Positions 28,681 to 39,717 are shown, numbered from the stretch's first letter. The stretch: 64,000 nucleotides of DNA from an uncultured Bacilli bacterium (GCA_934095865.1 CAKOKU010000002.1:57495-121494); one strand, 5' to 3'. Program-made: numbers and translations. Notes: generated by a model not told the origin, from the sequence alone.

Positions 28681-29203
28681 AGCAAGTAAAACCATCAGTT
28701 TTACCGATTATTGTTAAATCAACATCATATTTACGGCGAGTTGTGTTATCAACATTTTTTACTGGGATGTGAATTGTTAATAAGTAATCAGGAGTAGAGG
28801 TGCCATTAACTTTATTAATAAAATTAACTTTTATATTGCTAATATCATACTCACCATATTCTAAATTCCATTTTTCTAAACTGTTAGAGGGACCATAAGC
28901 AATAAAGTTAGTACCTACATATAAATATTTAGTCGTTGAAGAGAAAGTAAAACTGTAACAAGCTTTGGCACCACTTTTATTAAGACTACAATTTTTATAA
29001 AATCTTGTAAGATTATTATTTATTAAATCGCCTTCAATAACATTAATTAAAGAGGCTCTTGTTAGAGAATCAGCATTTCTAGTAGTACTAATAGTTTCTT
29101 CATTTTTTATATCAGCAAGAAGATTAGTTAAAAATATCATGACAATAGCTATTAAGACTAAACTTACTAAAACTTCCATTAAGGTCATACCTTTTCTATT
29201 CAT
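28667..29203 (-). CDS. prepilin-type (type IV pilin-like / pseudopilin) protein
   Basis: N-terminal MNRKG|MTLMEVLVSLVLIAIV class III signal (G at -1, E at +5). C-terminal Cys pair (CSNGC). Confidence 0.65.
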   Translation of the reverse strand: MNRKGMTLMEVLVSLVLIAIVMIFLTNLLADIKNEETISTTRNADSLTRASLINVIEGDLINNNLTRFYKNCSLNKSGAKACYSFTFSSTTKYLYVGTNFIAYGPSNSLEKWNLEYGEYDISNIKVNFINKVNGTSTPDYLLTIHIPVKNVDNTTRRKYDVDLTIIGKTDGFTCSNGC

Positions 29204-29205
29204 AA

Positions 29206-29913
29206 TTAAGCACCCCTTATAAATAATTTAACGCTATTATAATAATATTTTGTTACGTTTTTGTAGCACTTATTAGTACTTCTATCTAATGTATAGCCGG
29301 TCTGGCAAGTACTTCCGTTTGGTGTTTGACTACGGGTATAATCAACCGTGTTTTCTTGATATTCAACTATTAAGCGGTATCCATCATCCGTTCCTGATAA
29401 AGTTTTTAAATAAAGAATAGCATTGGTACTCATGTTATTTAAGGCATCAATGGTTTCTTTTGAACATCTAGAACTGGCATTGGTCGTTTTACCACTTTTG
29501 GTAGTACAAGATTTTAAATCATTAACATTATAATATGTAATATAAATCTTATTAACATTTAACGTGTTAAGTGTATTAAATAAAAGTGATGAAAATAACT
29601 GACGATTGGCTTCTTCTTTATTTTCGGTACCATTTTCATATAAATTATACAAGGAATTGTCAGTTGTATTTAAAACAATAATTCTTTTTGAAGTATTATT
29701 TAGATACTTATTAATGTAGTCATAAAGATTTAATGATACTAAGTAGTCTTCTATGAAGTAAGTGCGGTATATGTATGCCGTATCATCAAAAGCTACACGT
29801 CTTTTTTCGTTAGTTAGAACCCTAGAAAAAGACACGTATATCATAATTAAAGAAGTAGTTAATATAGTTATAACCATAATTGTTTCAACAAACATAAATC
29901 CTTTTTTATTCAT
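29206..29913 (-). CDS. prepilin-type (pseudopilin-like) protein
   Basis: MNKKG|FMFVETIMVITIL class III signal peptide with E+5. Several Cys in the C-terminal domain. Confidence 0.6.
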   Translation of the reverse strand: MNKKGFMFVETIMVITILTTSLIMIYVSFSRVLTNEKRRVAFDDTAYIYRTYFIEDYLVSLNLYDYINKYLNNTSKRIIVLNTTDNSLYNLYENGTENKEEANRQLFSSLLFNTLNTLNVNKIYITYYNVNDLKSCTTKSGKTTNASSRCSKETIDALNNMSTNAILYLKTLSGTDDGYRLIVEYQENTVDYTRSQTPNGSTCQTGYTLDRSTNKCYKNVTKYYYNSVKLFIRGA

Positions 29914-30030
29914 ATTCTTTCCTTATCTTATAGTAATAGGATATCATATTTCTTAGCATAATTAAAGATTATAGGATAGTATAAATTGTTAAGGTATGTT
30001 AATATTATTTTAGAAAGGATAGGGTTAATT

Positions 30031-30963
30031 GTGAAGAGAAGTAGTAAAATTTTAATCATTGTGTTGGTTATTGTAGCTACATTTAGTTTAGGTACTGTTG
30101 GAGGTTATTTATTATATAAGGGAAAATATGTTAATAATAAAGATAACGTGCAAATTAATAATGATAAAGGAAATAATTCTAATAAAGAAGAAAATTTAAG
30201 TTTAGATAATAATGTAATTAAAGAATTGTTTGATAGAAAGACTAATTTTCATACAACAAATAAGGTTACTTATGATACTTTAAGTGATCAAAAGAAGTTA
30301 GAGGTAGATTTAACTGGACTTAAAAAGAAAGCTTTTACTAATCTTAGTTATAAAGAAGTATGTACTAAGCTTAAAAATAGTGGTAACAAAATAATGACCG
30401 ATTTTTATGATACCTGTATGAGTTTAGAAGGGAAATGGGAAGGTTATGAAGATCTTGTTGCTTATTATACTTTAGATGACGTTAGAAATAATAATATCAA
30501 GTATTTTAATAAAAGTGATGACTTGCCAAAAGAATATAATTATGTTATGTCAACAACGCTTAAATTAGAGCCTAGATGTGAAAAAGTTGTATTACAAAGT
30601 AATGATAATTATTATTTAGATTTAGATACACAATGTGGTTATGGTGGTTTATCTCCTCAATCAAAGAGAGAATTTGTTAAAGCGGAAAAAGATGATAATG
30701 AATTATATATTTATGATAAGTATATTATTGGTACGATGAGTGATTCTTCTAAAGGAAAAATTGTATATGATTTTTATACTGACGATGATTTAACTAAAGC
30801 TGTGACACATTATAGTTTCGATGAAGACACCTTTGATGATGAAAAAGAATTAGAAGTTGCAGAAGTTTTAAAATTTATGCAAACTTATAAACATACGTAT
30901 AAGTTAAATGATAATGGTGAATACTACTGGATTTCTAGTGAGCCAGTTGATAATATTGAATAA
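30031..30963 (+). CDS. hypothetical N-terminally anchored protein, paralog A of tandem pair
   Basis: Probable GTG start (VKRSSKILIIV), by analogy with paralog B. Shares N-terminal TM, NNDKGNNSNKEE...IKELFDRKTNFH and C-terminal TYKHTYKLNDNGEYYWISSEPVDNIE with the downstream gene. Confidence 0.6.
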   Translation: MKRSSKILIIVLVIVATFSLGTVGGYLLYKGKYVNNKDNVQINNDKGNNSNKEENLSLDNNVIKELFDRKTNFHTTNKVTYDTLSDQKKLEVDLTGLKKKAFTNLSYKEVCTKLKNSGNKIMTDFYDTCMSLEGKWEGYEDLVAYYTLDDVRNNNIKYFNKSDDLPKEYNYVMSTTLKLEPRCEKVVLQSNDNYYLDLDTQCGYGGLSPQSKREFVKAEKDDNELYIYDKYIIGTMSDSSKGKIVYDFYTDDDLTKAVTHYSFDEDTFDDEKELEVAEVLKFMQTYKHTYKLNDNGEYYWISSEPVDNIE

Positions 30964-31098
30964 TAATAAAAATTTACTTAATGGTGTAAGTTCTATTTTA
31001 AAGCATCATGAAACAAGTAGATTTTTTTAAAGTTTTATTATTGTTGAATATGTCAAATTAATTGTGTTAATATTATTTTAGAAAGGGTATGATGAAGT

Positions 31099-32040
31099 GT
31101 GAGAAATAGTAGTAAAATTTTAATTGTTGTGGTGGTTATTGTAGCTACCTTTAGTTTAGGTACTGTTGGAGGTTATTTATTATTTAAAGAAAAATATGTT
31201 AGTAACAAAGATAATACACAAATTAATAATGATAAAGGAAATAAATCTAATAAAGAAGAAGATTTAAGTTTAGATAATGATATAATTAAAGAATTATTTG
31301 ATAGAAAAACCAACTTTCATTATGGAAAAAAAGTTACTTATAATGATTTAAGCAATCAAGCGAAAATGAAAAACGATTTGATTAATGTTACTCGTAAATC
31401 TTTTGACAATCTTGATTATGATAAACAATGTGAATTAATTCTCAAACTAAATTATGATGATAAACAGGAACTTTATAATCAATGTATGTCTACATTGAAG
31501 CAAGAAGACAGCCCTTATTCATTATCATATTTTGAAGTTGATGACATTAAAAATAACAATTTAAAATATTTTAATGATAGTGAAAATCTTCCTAGCAGTT
31601 TTGAATTTCATAATTGCAATAGCAGTGGATTAGACCTTAGCCCCGTTGGCAATATTTTTCTAGTTCCTAATAGTAATTATTACTTGGTAAGTAGCTCTGA
31701 AGGTGGTGCTGGTGGCTGCCCTAAAGAAAAATCAATCTTTCTAAAAGCTCAAAAGACAAATGATGAACTAGTTATTTATGATAAATTTGCTTATATGACT
31801 TTAGAAGATAGTGTTGATTATGATAGTACTTCTATTAATTTATATGGAACTCATATTGATACTGATAATAGTTGGTTTGGTGAAAATAGTGATTTTTTAG
31901 GAACGTTTATTGTTTCTAACTTTGATGATTTTTCTGATGATGTAATTAAAATTATGAAAACTTATAAACATATTTATAAATTAAATGATAGCGGTAAATA
32001 CTACTGGGTTTCTAGTGAACCAGTTAATAACATTGAATAA
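31099..32040 (+). CDS. hypothetical N-terminally anchored protein, paralog B of tandem pair
   Basis: GTG start. The upstream 40 bp (gttaatattattttagaaagg...) is also duplicated from paralog A. The middle region has diverged. Confidence 0.6.
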   Translation: MRNSSKILIVVVVIVATFSLGTVGGYLLFKEKYVSNKDNTQINNDKGNKSNKEEDLSLDNDIIKELFDRKTNFHYGKKVTYNDLSNQAKMKNDLINVTRKSFDNLDYDKQCELILKLNYDDKQELYNQCMSTLKQEDSPYSLSYFEVDDIKNNNLKYFNDSENLPSSFEFHNCNSSGLDLSPVGNIFLVPNSNYYLVSSSEGGAGGCPKEKSIFLKAQKTNDELVIYDKFAYMTLEDSVDYDSTSINLYGTHIDTDNSWFGENSDFLGTFIVSNFDDFSDDVIKIMKTYKHIYKLNDSGKYYWVSSEPVNNIE

Positions 32041-32100
32041 AAAAAGAATCTACTTAAAGATATTTTCCACACGGAATTGATATCAAAAGAGTAGATTTTT

Positions 32101-34611
32101 TTATAAAACTTTATCAGATTTCTTCATTAATGACTTTCTTAACCAGTCAAATGGAATGACACTTAAAGATAAAAATAAAACAAACAATAATTCTTTTAGA
32201 GTCAATCCATAAGTACGAAATAAATCACCGCCAAAGTAAATTAAATATAATTGAATTAAAAAAATGGTTGTAAAAATAAATATAAATGGTTTATTTTTAG
32301 AAATATTAGCTATAATATTTAATCTTGTTGTTCTAGCATTTAAAGCATTAAATAATGAAGAAAAGATGAAGAAAGCAAAATAAGCGGTGTACAAATAACG
32401 GCCATCCGTAGAATAACGGATAAAATTATAAATCAAATTTGACTTCAAAAAGAATATTCCTAATAAAGATGTATAAATTCCAGATATTAAAATTTCATTT
32501 ATCATATATTTGTTAATTATAGATATGTCTTTTGTCTTAGGCGGTTCATCCATATATTCCAAAAGTGGTGGTTCACTAGCAAAAGCAATCCCTGCAAGAG
32601 TATCCATAATCATATTAATCCATAGCATTTGAATAACTGTAACAGGTGTTCCAATATCTAAAATTGGCCCTAAAATAGCCATTAACATCGCACATATATT
32701 GACTGTTAATTGAAATATTATAAATTTACGAATGCTTTTAAAAATAGTACGGCCAAAAAGTATAGCTTGAGTAATTGAAGCAATGTTATTATCAATTATT
32801 ATAATGTCACTTGCTTCCTTACTAACTTCTGTACCATCGCCCATAGCAAAGCCGACGTCAGCACATTTTAAGGCACCGGCATCATTGATACCATCACCAG
32901 TCATACCAACTACCAGTCCGTGTTCTTTCAGGATATTAACAAGACGAGTTTTGTCTTTAGGGAGCGCTCTGGCAATCACTTTCAACTTAGGATATATAGT
33001 TACGATTTCTTCATCAGTAAGTTTATTTATTTCTTTACTTGTAAGTGCTAAATCAGTTCGATCTTTTATAATACCAGCTTCTTTAGCAATGGATGTTGCC
33101 GTATCAATGTTATCACCGGTAATCATAATGACATTAATTCCAGCATTTTTTAAAGTAGCAATTGATGGGATTGTTGTATCCCTGATAGAATCTTTTATTA
33201 TTAGAAAACCAAGATATGTGTGAGATGTTGATTCAATAGATTTACTAGTTAAAATTATTATTCTGGAACCAGTTTTGGCTTCATTATCAATATTTTGAGA
33301 AATTTTTTCTTTATCAAGAAGGACTTTTTTATTACCAGCCTCATCTAAATAATAAAGACATTTATCCAATAATACTTCCTTCGCGCCTTTAAAATAAGTG
33401 ATATTATTAGAAATAGTTACAGAACTATATTTGTCTTTACTGTCAAATAATTTTTTGTCAATTATTTTACTTTCTTTTTTAGGGCAATTTATGAAAGCCA
33501 TAATTGATTTATCTGTTTGATTACCACCCGTTATTTCTCCATTATTGTTGTAATAACTGGAATTGTTATAATATAAATTATTAGTTATTTCTTCTTGCAA
33601 AGATGAAGATAGACTATCTAAGTTGAAATACTTTTTGGAACTAGGACTGACATAATTTGTTACTTTAAGGTTTCCTTCTGTTAAAGTACCGGTCTTATCC
33701 GTAAGTAAACAGTTAATGTTGCCACTGGTTTCTATACCTATAAGGCGACGAACTAATACATTATTTTTTAGTAGACGCTTCATATTGGAAGAAAGAACTA
33801 AAGTTATCATCATTGGTAACCCTTCAGGAACAGTTACAACTATAACAGTAACACTTAGAGTTAAAGAGAAAAGAATATTTTTTATTGAAAAGTCTTTAGT
33901 TGTCAAAAGATAAACAATTGCTACTAACGCTGCACCAGCATAACCAAAAATACTAATTATTTTAGCTAATTTAGTAAGTCTTTCTTTTAAAGGGCTTTTC
34001 GTTGGAGGTGTCTGAATATCTTTTGCTAAGCCACCTATTAAAGTAGCGTCGCCAACTTTATCAACTTTAATTTTAGCTTCGCCGTCATATACAATTGTCG
34101 ATGAATAGACATACTCGCCTTTAGTTTTTTCTTTATCTTTACTTTCACCATTAATACTGGCTTCATTAATATTTAATCGCCCTTCAATAATATATCCATC
34201 CGCAGGGATAGCATCACCACTAGAAATAATAACTAAATCACCAACTACGATTTCAGTAACCGGAATAGTTTCTACTTTACCATTACGAATTACATTACAA
34301 TTAATACGACTAGCTTCGGCTTCTAATCTAGAAAATGCTTCTTCGCTACCATATTCAGCAATGGAGCCAATAGTAGCGGCTAAAATTATGGATATTAAAA
34401 TGCCTATTGTTTCAAATAAATCATGATTTTGAAATAAAAAAACAATCTTTATAGCTAAAACAATTAACAAGATTTTAATAATGGGATCACTTAAAGCTTC
34501 TAAAATTAAATGTAATAATGTTTTCTTCTTATGTTTTGTTAAGGTATTACTACCGTACTTATTTCTGCTTTGTATTACTTCTTTATTAGTCAATCCATTC
34601 ATACTTTGCAC
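32101..34611 (-). CDS. cation-transporting P-type ATPase (Ca2+-type, P2 family-like)
   Basis: CLLTDKTGTLTEGN (DKTGT phosphorylation motif); MITGDN; GDGINDAGALKCADVGFAMG; 10 TM helices. Confidence 0.85.
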   Translation of the reverse strand: MQSMNGLTNKEVIQSRNKYGSNTLTKHKKKTLLHLILEALSDPIIKILLIVLAIKIVFLFQNHDLFETIGILISIILAATIGSIAEYGSEEAFSRLEAEASRINCNVIRNGKVETIPVTEIVVGDLVIISSGDAIPADGYIIEGRLNINEASINGESKDKEKTKGEYVYSSTIVYDGEAKIKVDKVGDATLIGGLAKDIQTPPTKSPLKERLTKLAKIISIFGYAGAALVAIVYLLTTKDFSIKNILFSLTLSVTVIVVTVPEGLPMMITLVLSSNMKRLLKNNVLVRRLIGIETSGNINCLLTDKTGTLTEGNLKVTNYVSPSSKKYFNLDSLSSSLQEEITNNLYYNNSSYYNNNGEITGGNQTDKSIMAFINCPKKESKIIDKKLFDSKDKYSSVTISNNITYFKGAKEVLLDKCLYYLDEAGNKKVLLDKEKISQNIDNEAKTGSRIIILTSKSIESTSHTYLGFLIIKDSIRDTTIPSIATLKNAGINVIMITGDNIDTATSIAKEAGIIKDRTDLALTSKEINKLTDEEIVTIYPKLKVIARALPKDKTRLVNILKEHGLVVGMTGDGINDAGALKCADVGFAMGDGTEVSKEASDIIIIDNNIASITQAILFGRTIFKSIRKFIIFQLTVNICAMLMAILGPILDIGTPVTVIQMLWINMIMDTLAGIAFASEPPLLEYMDEPPKTKDISIINKYMINEILISGIYTSLLGIFFLKSNLIYNFIRYSTDGRYLYTAYFAFFIFSSLFNALNARTTRLNIIANISKNKPFIFIFTTIFLIQLYLIYFGGDLFRTYGLTLKELLFVLFLSLSVIPFDWLRKSLMKKSDKVL

Positions 34612-34660
34612 CCATTTAATAGTATGAATAGACGAACTTAATTATTAAAAAAAGAGCTTG

Positions 34661-35287
34661 TTATTTTCTTGTAAATTTAACTAAAGCTCTTTTTAGTTGA
34701 CGACTAATATCTAAAACAGTTAATGGGTATGATTTTAATAACCAGCTAGGTAATGATTCTCTAGAGACTGGTATTAATTCAAGACTTGATGGAGCATCCG
34801 CATTATAATTAGTATAATCATATTTTACAACTTGTGAGTTTTTGCCTTTTATTTTTATTTCTGAGTCAGTAATTGTTGCTGAAATATTTTTATTTAGGCA
34901 CTCTAAATCAGCTTGTTTTCTTATCAAATAATCAGTATAATTAATTGCCTCAAAAAATAATAAATTTAAAATTATTGTTAATAAGCTAAGTGATATATTC
35001 TCACTTAAAGATGATGAACCTTTAGGGCAATTAATCTTAGGACCCGAATCAGTTAACGTTATAGTAATTCTAGTCATAAGTGATATAGCTTCAATTGTTT
35101 CTCCAGTTTGAACATAAAGTTCAATCTTTTTTTCACGACAATTTATTCTTTCAATAATTACTGATTGGCATTTTAGAACTTTGGCCAAACGATTATTATA
35201 ACGCTTGATTATTTGTGATACATTTTCATTTATCTTAGTTGCTTCTGAATAAACGTCTAATAAACTTATGTATTCTCCGCTTTTCAT
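34661..35287 (-). CDS. hypothetical protein
   Basis: 208 aa; one internal hydrophobic segment; nothing recognisable. Confidence 0.35.
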   Translation of the reverse strand: MKSGEYISLLDVYSEATKINENVSQIIKRYNNRLAKVLKCQSVIIERINCREKKIELYVQTGETIEAISLMTRITITLTDSGPKINCPKGSSSLSENISLSLLTIILNLLFFEAINYTDYLIRKQADLECLNKNISATITDSEIKIKGKNSQVVKYDYTNYNADAPSSLELIPVSRESLPSWLLKSYPLTVLDISRQLKRALVKFTRK

Positions 35288-35355
35288 AAAAAATTAACTC
35301 CCCGCTTTGATAAGGCATATATTAACACAAAAATTTAAAAAAGCAAGCATTTTTA

Positions 35356-35850
35356 TTAAGAATGATTGCTGGTTAACAACTTGTTAAAAAATAGCTCTTT
35401 GGCTTCATTATATGTGATTTGCATAGAATAGGCAATTTCATTAAAAAGATATTTTTCGGCTAATTCGTTATAATAAGTATCTTTATCACTTGGACGCTTT
35501 TTATTGTTCTCACGTATTTTATTACGTAAGAAAGTAGTCTTTAAGATTACTATTAAGTCGGCTAGAGTATTACCTTGTAGTAAAACTTTGTATTTTTCTT
35601 CTAAATTATGTTCCTGTAAATCTAGTGGCTCTATTTTATCTAAATTATCTAAGGTATTAGTAATATCATTAAAAGTAGATAAGGCGCGAAGTAATATTTT
35701 TTCCTGTGATACTGGAAGACTTACTTTCAAAGATGGGTCTTCTAAATTCTCTAAAATATAGTATTGTTGAGTATTAATCATAGTTATATCTTTAATACAA
35801 CAAACCTCTCTTTTATATATAACATAATCATTTTTCTTGTACATTTTCAT
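35356..35850 (-). CDS. CarD/CdnL-family RNA-polymerase-binding transcription factor
   Basis: 164 aa. N-terminal MYKKNDYVIYKREVCCIKDI resembles the Tudor-like RNAP-interaction domain start of CarD/CdnL/TRCF (M.K.GD.VVY..HG.G.I). Confidence 0.5.
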   Translation of the reverse strand: MKMYKKNDYVIYKREVCCIKDITMINTQQYYILENLEDPSLKVSLPVSQEKILLRALSTFNDITNTLDNLDKIEPLDLQEHNLEEKYKVLLQGNTLADLIVILKTTFLRNKIRENNKKRPSDKDTYYNELAEKYLFNEIAYSMQITYNEAKELFFNKLLTSNHS

Positions 35851-35988
35851 CCTCCATAGTTATATTTATTATACCTTTTTTCAAGATTTTTTTCTAATGC
35901 TTTTTAGATGATAAAAGTTAAAAATTCATTATAAAATTGGTATTTACGCCAATGAATTATCTATGATAAAATTAATAACGGTGATGAT

Positions 35989-36870
35989 ATGAAGAAAAAG
36001 AATTTGAAGGATTTATCATTTTTGGGAGTTTTATTTGTTTTAATTGCTACTTTCACTATAAGTTATGGCTATCAAAGTAGTGATAACGAAAATACAATTG
36101 ATAATAGTAATGAATTATTAGTATATTTTATTGATGTTGGTCAAGCTGATGCAATTTATATTAAAGATAACGATGAAAATATGTTGATTGATGCGGGAAA
36201 TAATACTGACGGAAAGTTATTAGTAAACTATCTAAAAGGACTTGGAGTTACTAGTTTTAAATATGTAGTAGGTACCCATGCTCATGAAGATCATATTGGT
36301 GGGATGGATAATATAATTAATAATTTTAAAATCAATACTTTTTATATGCCAGATGCAATAAGTACGAGTAAAACCTTTGAAGATGTGTTAGATGCTTTAG
36401 AAAGTAATAAAGTGGCATTTAATACGCCAAAGATAGGGGATACTTTTAATTTAAAAAAGGCTATGTTTGAAGTTTTAAGTTTAGGTACTGATACTAGTGA
36501 TTTAAATGATACATCAATTGTTTTGAAAATGACTTATAATAATACTTGTACTTTATTCATGGGTGATGCTTCTAGTGCTGTTGAAAAAAATTTGTTAGAT
36601 AAGAATATCAATTGTGATGTTTTAAAAGTAGGGCACCACGGTTCAAAATATTCTAGCAGTGAAGCTTTTATAAAAACAGTTAAACCAACTTATGGAATTA
36701 TTATGGTTGGTAAGGATAACAAATATGGTCATCCAACAGAAAAGACTTTACAAACTTTGCAAAAATACAATGTTAATATTCATCGTACTGATGAAGAAGG
36801 CACTATCATAATGAAAATAAAAGGGGATACTATTAGCTTTGAAAGTGAGAAAACAGATACTAATGGATAA
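35989..36870 (+). CDS. secreted ComEC-type metallo-beta-lactamase domain protein
   Basis: Signal peptide; YFIDVGQADAIYI; GTHAHEDHIGG (HxHxDH); LKVGHHGSKYSSS (HHGS motif of ComEC MBL domains). Paralogous in fold to 20498-21397. Confidence 0.7.
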   Translation: MKKKNLKDLSFLGVLFVLIATFTISYGYQSSDNENTIDNSNELLVYFIDVGQADAIYIKDNDENMLIDAGNNTDGKLLVNYLKGLGVTSFKYVVGTHAHEDHIGGMDNIINNFKINTFYMPDAISTSKTFEDVLDALESNKVAFNTPKIGDTFNLKKAMFEVLSLGTDTSDLNDTSIVLKMTYNNTCTLFMGDASSAVEKNLLDKNINCDVLKVGHHGSKYSSSEAFIKTVKPTYGIIMVGKDNKYGHPTEKTLQTLQKYNVNIHRTDEEGTIIMKIKGDTISFESEKTDTNG

Positions 36871-37117
36871 TAATAAGTTTTGTGTTGATGAAATTATTGA
36901 TGATATTATTAAATTAGAAAATTTGACGACTAGAGAAATAATATACATAAATTTGAGCGAATTAGATTTTAGTGTTGTAGATGGAGATATTTTATATTAT
37001 AAAGATGATAAATATTATAAAGATGATAATGCTAAAAAAGAACGAATGAAAATGTTGCAAGAAAAACTTGAGCGACTTAAAAAAGCCCAGTTTTAAAAAA
37101 GCTTCCTTAATGGAGGC

Positions 37118-37813
37118 TTATTTTTTGAATCTTAATCCTGGTAATACTAGTTTTCTTGTTTTCCCAACAATTTCTCGATGAATTTCTTCTATGCTTTTTA
37201 CTTGACCATCAGCATCCACACAATTTATAGTTTGAAAATGATATAACTTGGCTAACTCAACAAAGACGGCTTCGCTATTAATTTGATGCTGTTTGTTTTT
37301 TTCTGATTCATCTAAGACTTCTGGCCGATGACTACGCAATTGTTCAGCAGCTTCATTAGGCAAATAAAGAAAAAATACATTATCTGGTTTGGGTAATTCT
37401 AAAAGTTTAAATTCTAATTCTTCTAAAAAATGATACAATTCTTCACGCTTTTCTGGATCAGGAATTTTACTACCTTGATGAGCCATATTAGAATAAACAT
37501 ATCTATCAAGAATTACAATGTCATTGGTTCTTATTAAGTTTTGCAATTCTGGTAAAGAGGCCCTTCTATCAGCAGCATATAAAAGAGAAGCAACTTTTGA
37601 ATCTAAATTCATTGGATCATCAAACCAAGTTTCACATATTGCTGGTTTTCCTAATAATGGACCACCAATTATGCGACCCGTTGGCGTATGATATTGTGGA
37701 TAGCTCATTGTACCGACTGAAACACCATTATTTTGTAGATATTCTTTTAATAACCTAGTTTGGGTTTCTTTTCCAGAACAATCAGTTCCTTCTATTACTA
37801 TTATTTTTCCCAT
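37118..37813 (-). CDS. tmk: thymidylate kinase
   Basis: IVIEGTDCSGKETQ P-loop; DRYVYSNMAHQG (DRY motif). Start at MGKIIVIEG with GGTGA RBS. Confidence 0.7.
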   Translation of the reverse strand: MGKIIVIEGTDCSGKETQTRLLKEYLQNNGVSVGTMSYPQYHTPTGRIIGGPLLGKPAICETWFDDPMNLDSKVASLLYAADRRASLPELQNLIRTNDIVILDRYVYSNMAHQGSKIPDPEKREELYHFLEELEFKLLELPKPDNVFFLYLPNEAAEQLRSHRPEVLDESEKNKQHQINSEAVFVELAKLYHFQTINCVDADGQVKSIEEIHREIVGKTRKLVLPGLRFKK

Positions 37814-37922
37814 TCTTATCACCATATACAATTGTAACTTATAAGTTTTGATTTGACTAGGTATTATTGCTTACTTTAAAAAGAAAAACTATTCATATGA
37901 ATAGCTGAAATTAAAACTAGAA

Positions 37923-38582
37923 TTAATTATTGTTAATAACATCATTGTAATCTAAAAGATAAAATTCTTCTGGATTAAATACTTCACCTTTATAGAATAC
38001 TTCAAAATGAAGAGCATTGCTTGAATCTGTTGTTATTTTGTTTTGACCACTGGTTGCTATAATATCACCTTGTTTAACAACATCACCGACTTTAACTTTT
38101 ACTTCGCCAAGACTTTGATAAATAGTTGTTAAATTATTTGTGTGTTCAATTTCTACAATATTTCCCATTAAACTGTCTTCTTTAATATTTTTTATTGTTC
38201 CATCTAAAATAGCTATAACATCGAAGGTATTATTTGAAGTGTATAAGACACCTGTATTTTGCATATAAATCCCTTCATAATAAATTAAAGATGCTGCCTG
38301 CTCATCATTTGTTCCGGTCATACTATAAAAAGGAATAGTAGCAGTTACATCGGTATTCGTATAGGGACGAATTATCTTTTTAGCTTCATTAATAGTTGGG
38401 GTTATGTTACTATCAGAATCATTATTTACTTCATTTGTTTTTTCGCCACTATTACTTGGAGTAATGGGAACATTATAACTTAGAATTTCATACATTTTGT
38501 AGCTACTGAAAATAATGGTACAAATTAGCATTAAACAGATTGTTGGGATAACAAATTTTTTTAATCTTCTTCTTTTTTTCAT
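37923..38582 (-). CDS. M23 (LytM-type) peptidase domain protein
   Basis: N-terminal TM; C-terminal GNIVEIEHTNNLTTIYQSL...GDIIATSGQ...LHFEVF resembles an M23 fold. Confidence 0.65.
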   Translation of the reverse strand: MKKRRRLKKFVIPTICLMLICTIIFSSYKMYEILSYNVPITPSNSGEKTNEVNNDSDSNITPTINEAKKIIRPYTNTDVTATIPFYSMTGTNDEQAASLIYYEGIYMQNTGVLYTSNNTFDVIAILDGTIKNIKEDSLMGNIVEIEHTNNLTTIYQSLGEVKVKVGDVVKQGDIIATSGQNKITTDSSNALHFEVFYKGEVFNPEEFYLLDYNDVINNN

Positions 38583-38628
38583 ATATAATTCACCTTTCTA
38601 TTAAGAAGTGTGAACTATTTTTCTTTTT

Positions 38629-39537
38629 TTATACATTAAATTTCTGTATTTCAGTGCCTTGATAATAAAATTGTAATATATCTTGGTAAGAAGAGCCATT
38701 TTTAGCCATCGCATTCGCCCCATACTGGCTCATACCAACGCCGTGACCGTAACCTTTGGTTGTAATAATAATATTATCCTGATCTTCTTGAAGTGTAAAA
38801 TCGGTTGAACGTAAATTAAATTGCTGGCGAAGATTTAAACCAGTATACTCATGGTTATTAATTGTTATCATTGTTACTCGATTAGATTCATCTCTTTTAG
38901 GTGAAGATATATTTAACTTGCTACAATCTAAAGCTAACTTTTCACAGAATTGAGTCTTGGATATTGTTTTAGTGACTTCAAAATTATTGGTATTAGAATT
39001 ATCTAAGGTTGGGATTATTATATTTAAATAGGGTAATTCTTCATTAAATACTGCTAAGGAAGTAGTGGTATAGCCGTTACTCATAGCATAAAAATAAGCT
39101 TTTATTAATTTGTTATCATAATATAAAACCTCATTTTGGGTAGAGGTTATTGCTGCTTTTATTTTATTATAATATTCATCATATTTAGTTTGCCACTTAG
39201 TTTTAAGTTCTTCTTCGGTTGCAAAAGCTTGATCACCAGTAGTAACATATCCTCTTTTTTCTTGTTGATATAATGCAAAGGTTCGGCTGGCAACCGCTTG
39301 AGCTTTTAAAGCTTCAATATTAAAAGAAGCAGGTGATTCTGCTCCTAAAACACCAATTAAATATTCTTCAATTGGTAAAGAAATAGTTTCATTATTATAT
39401 GAGAAATTTATTAATATTTCAGAAGAGGCTAAATAAGCATCTGCCGATGGATTGTTAGTTGCATCTTGATTTAATAAGCTAATTATTGTAAATGGTATTA
39501 AAATAACACTAATTAAAGCCAAGATTTTGTTTTTCAT
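38629..39537 (-). CDS. spoIID: SpoIID/LytB-family protein (stage II sporulation protein D-like)
   Basis: Signal peptide; conserved C-terminal [17 protein letters not shown] motif of SpoIID. Confidence 0.75.
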   Translation of the reverse strand: MKNKILALISVILIPFTIISLLNQDATNNPSADAYLASSEILINFSYNNETISLPIEEYLIGVLGAESPASFNIEALKAQAVASRTFALYQQEKRGYVTTGDQAFATEEELKTKWQTKYDEYYNKIKAAITSTQNEVLYYDNKLIKAYFYAMSNGYTTTSLAVFNEELPYLNIIIPTLDNSNTNNFEVTKTISKTQFCEKLALDCSKLNISSPKRDESNRVTMITINNHEYTGLNLRQQFNLRSTDFTLQEDQDNIIITTKGYGHGVGMSQYGANAMAKNGSSYQDILQFYYQGTEIQKFNV

Positions 39538-39717
39538 AACTCTCCTTATGATATAAAATCTATTATAAAGTTAGAAACTAAATAACTCATGGCAAAGCCT
39601 AACATGAGAACCAATATTCTAGCCTCATATGGTTTATTTCTTTTCATAATATTGTCAAAATTAACTCCACTTAAAGCGGCCATACTTAATAAAAGAGTTG
39701 TAGCATATATAATAATT

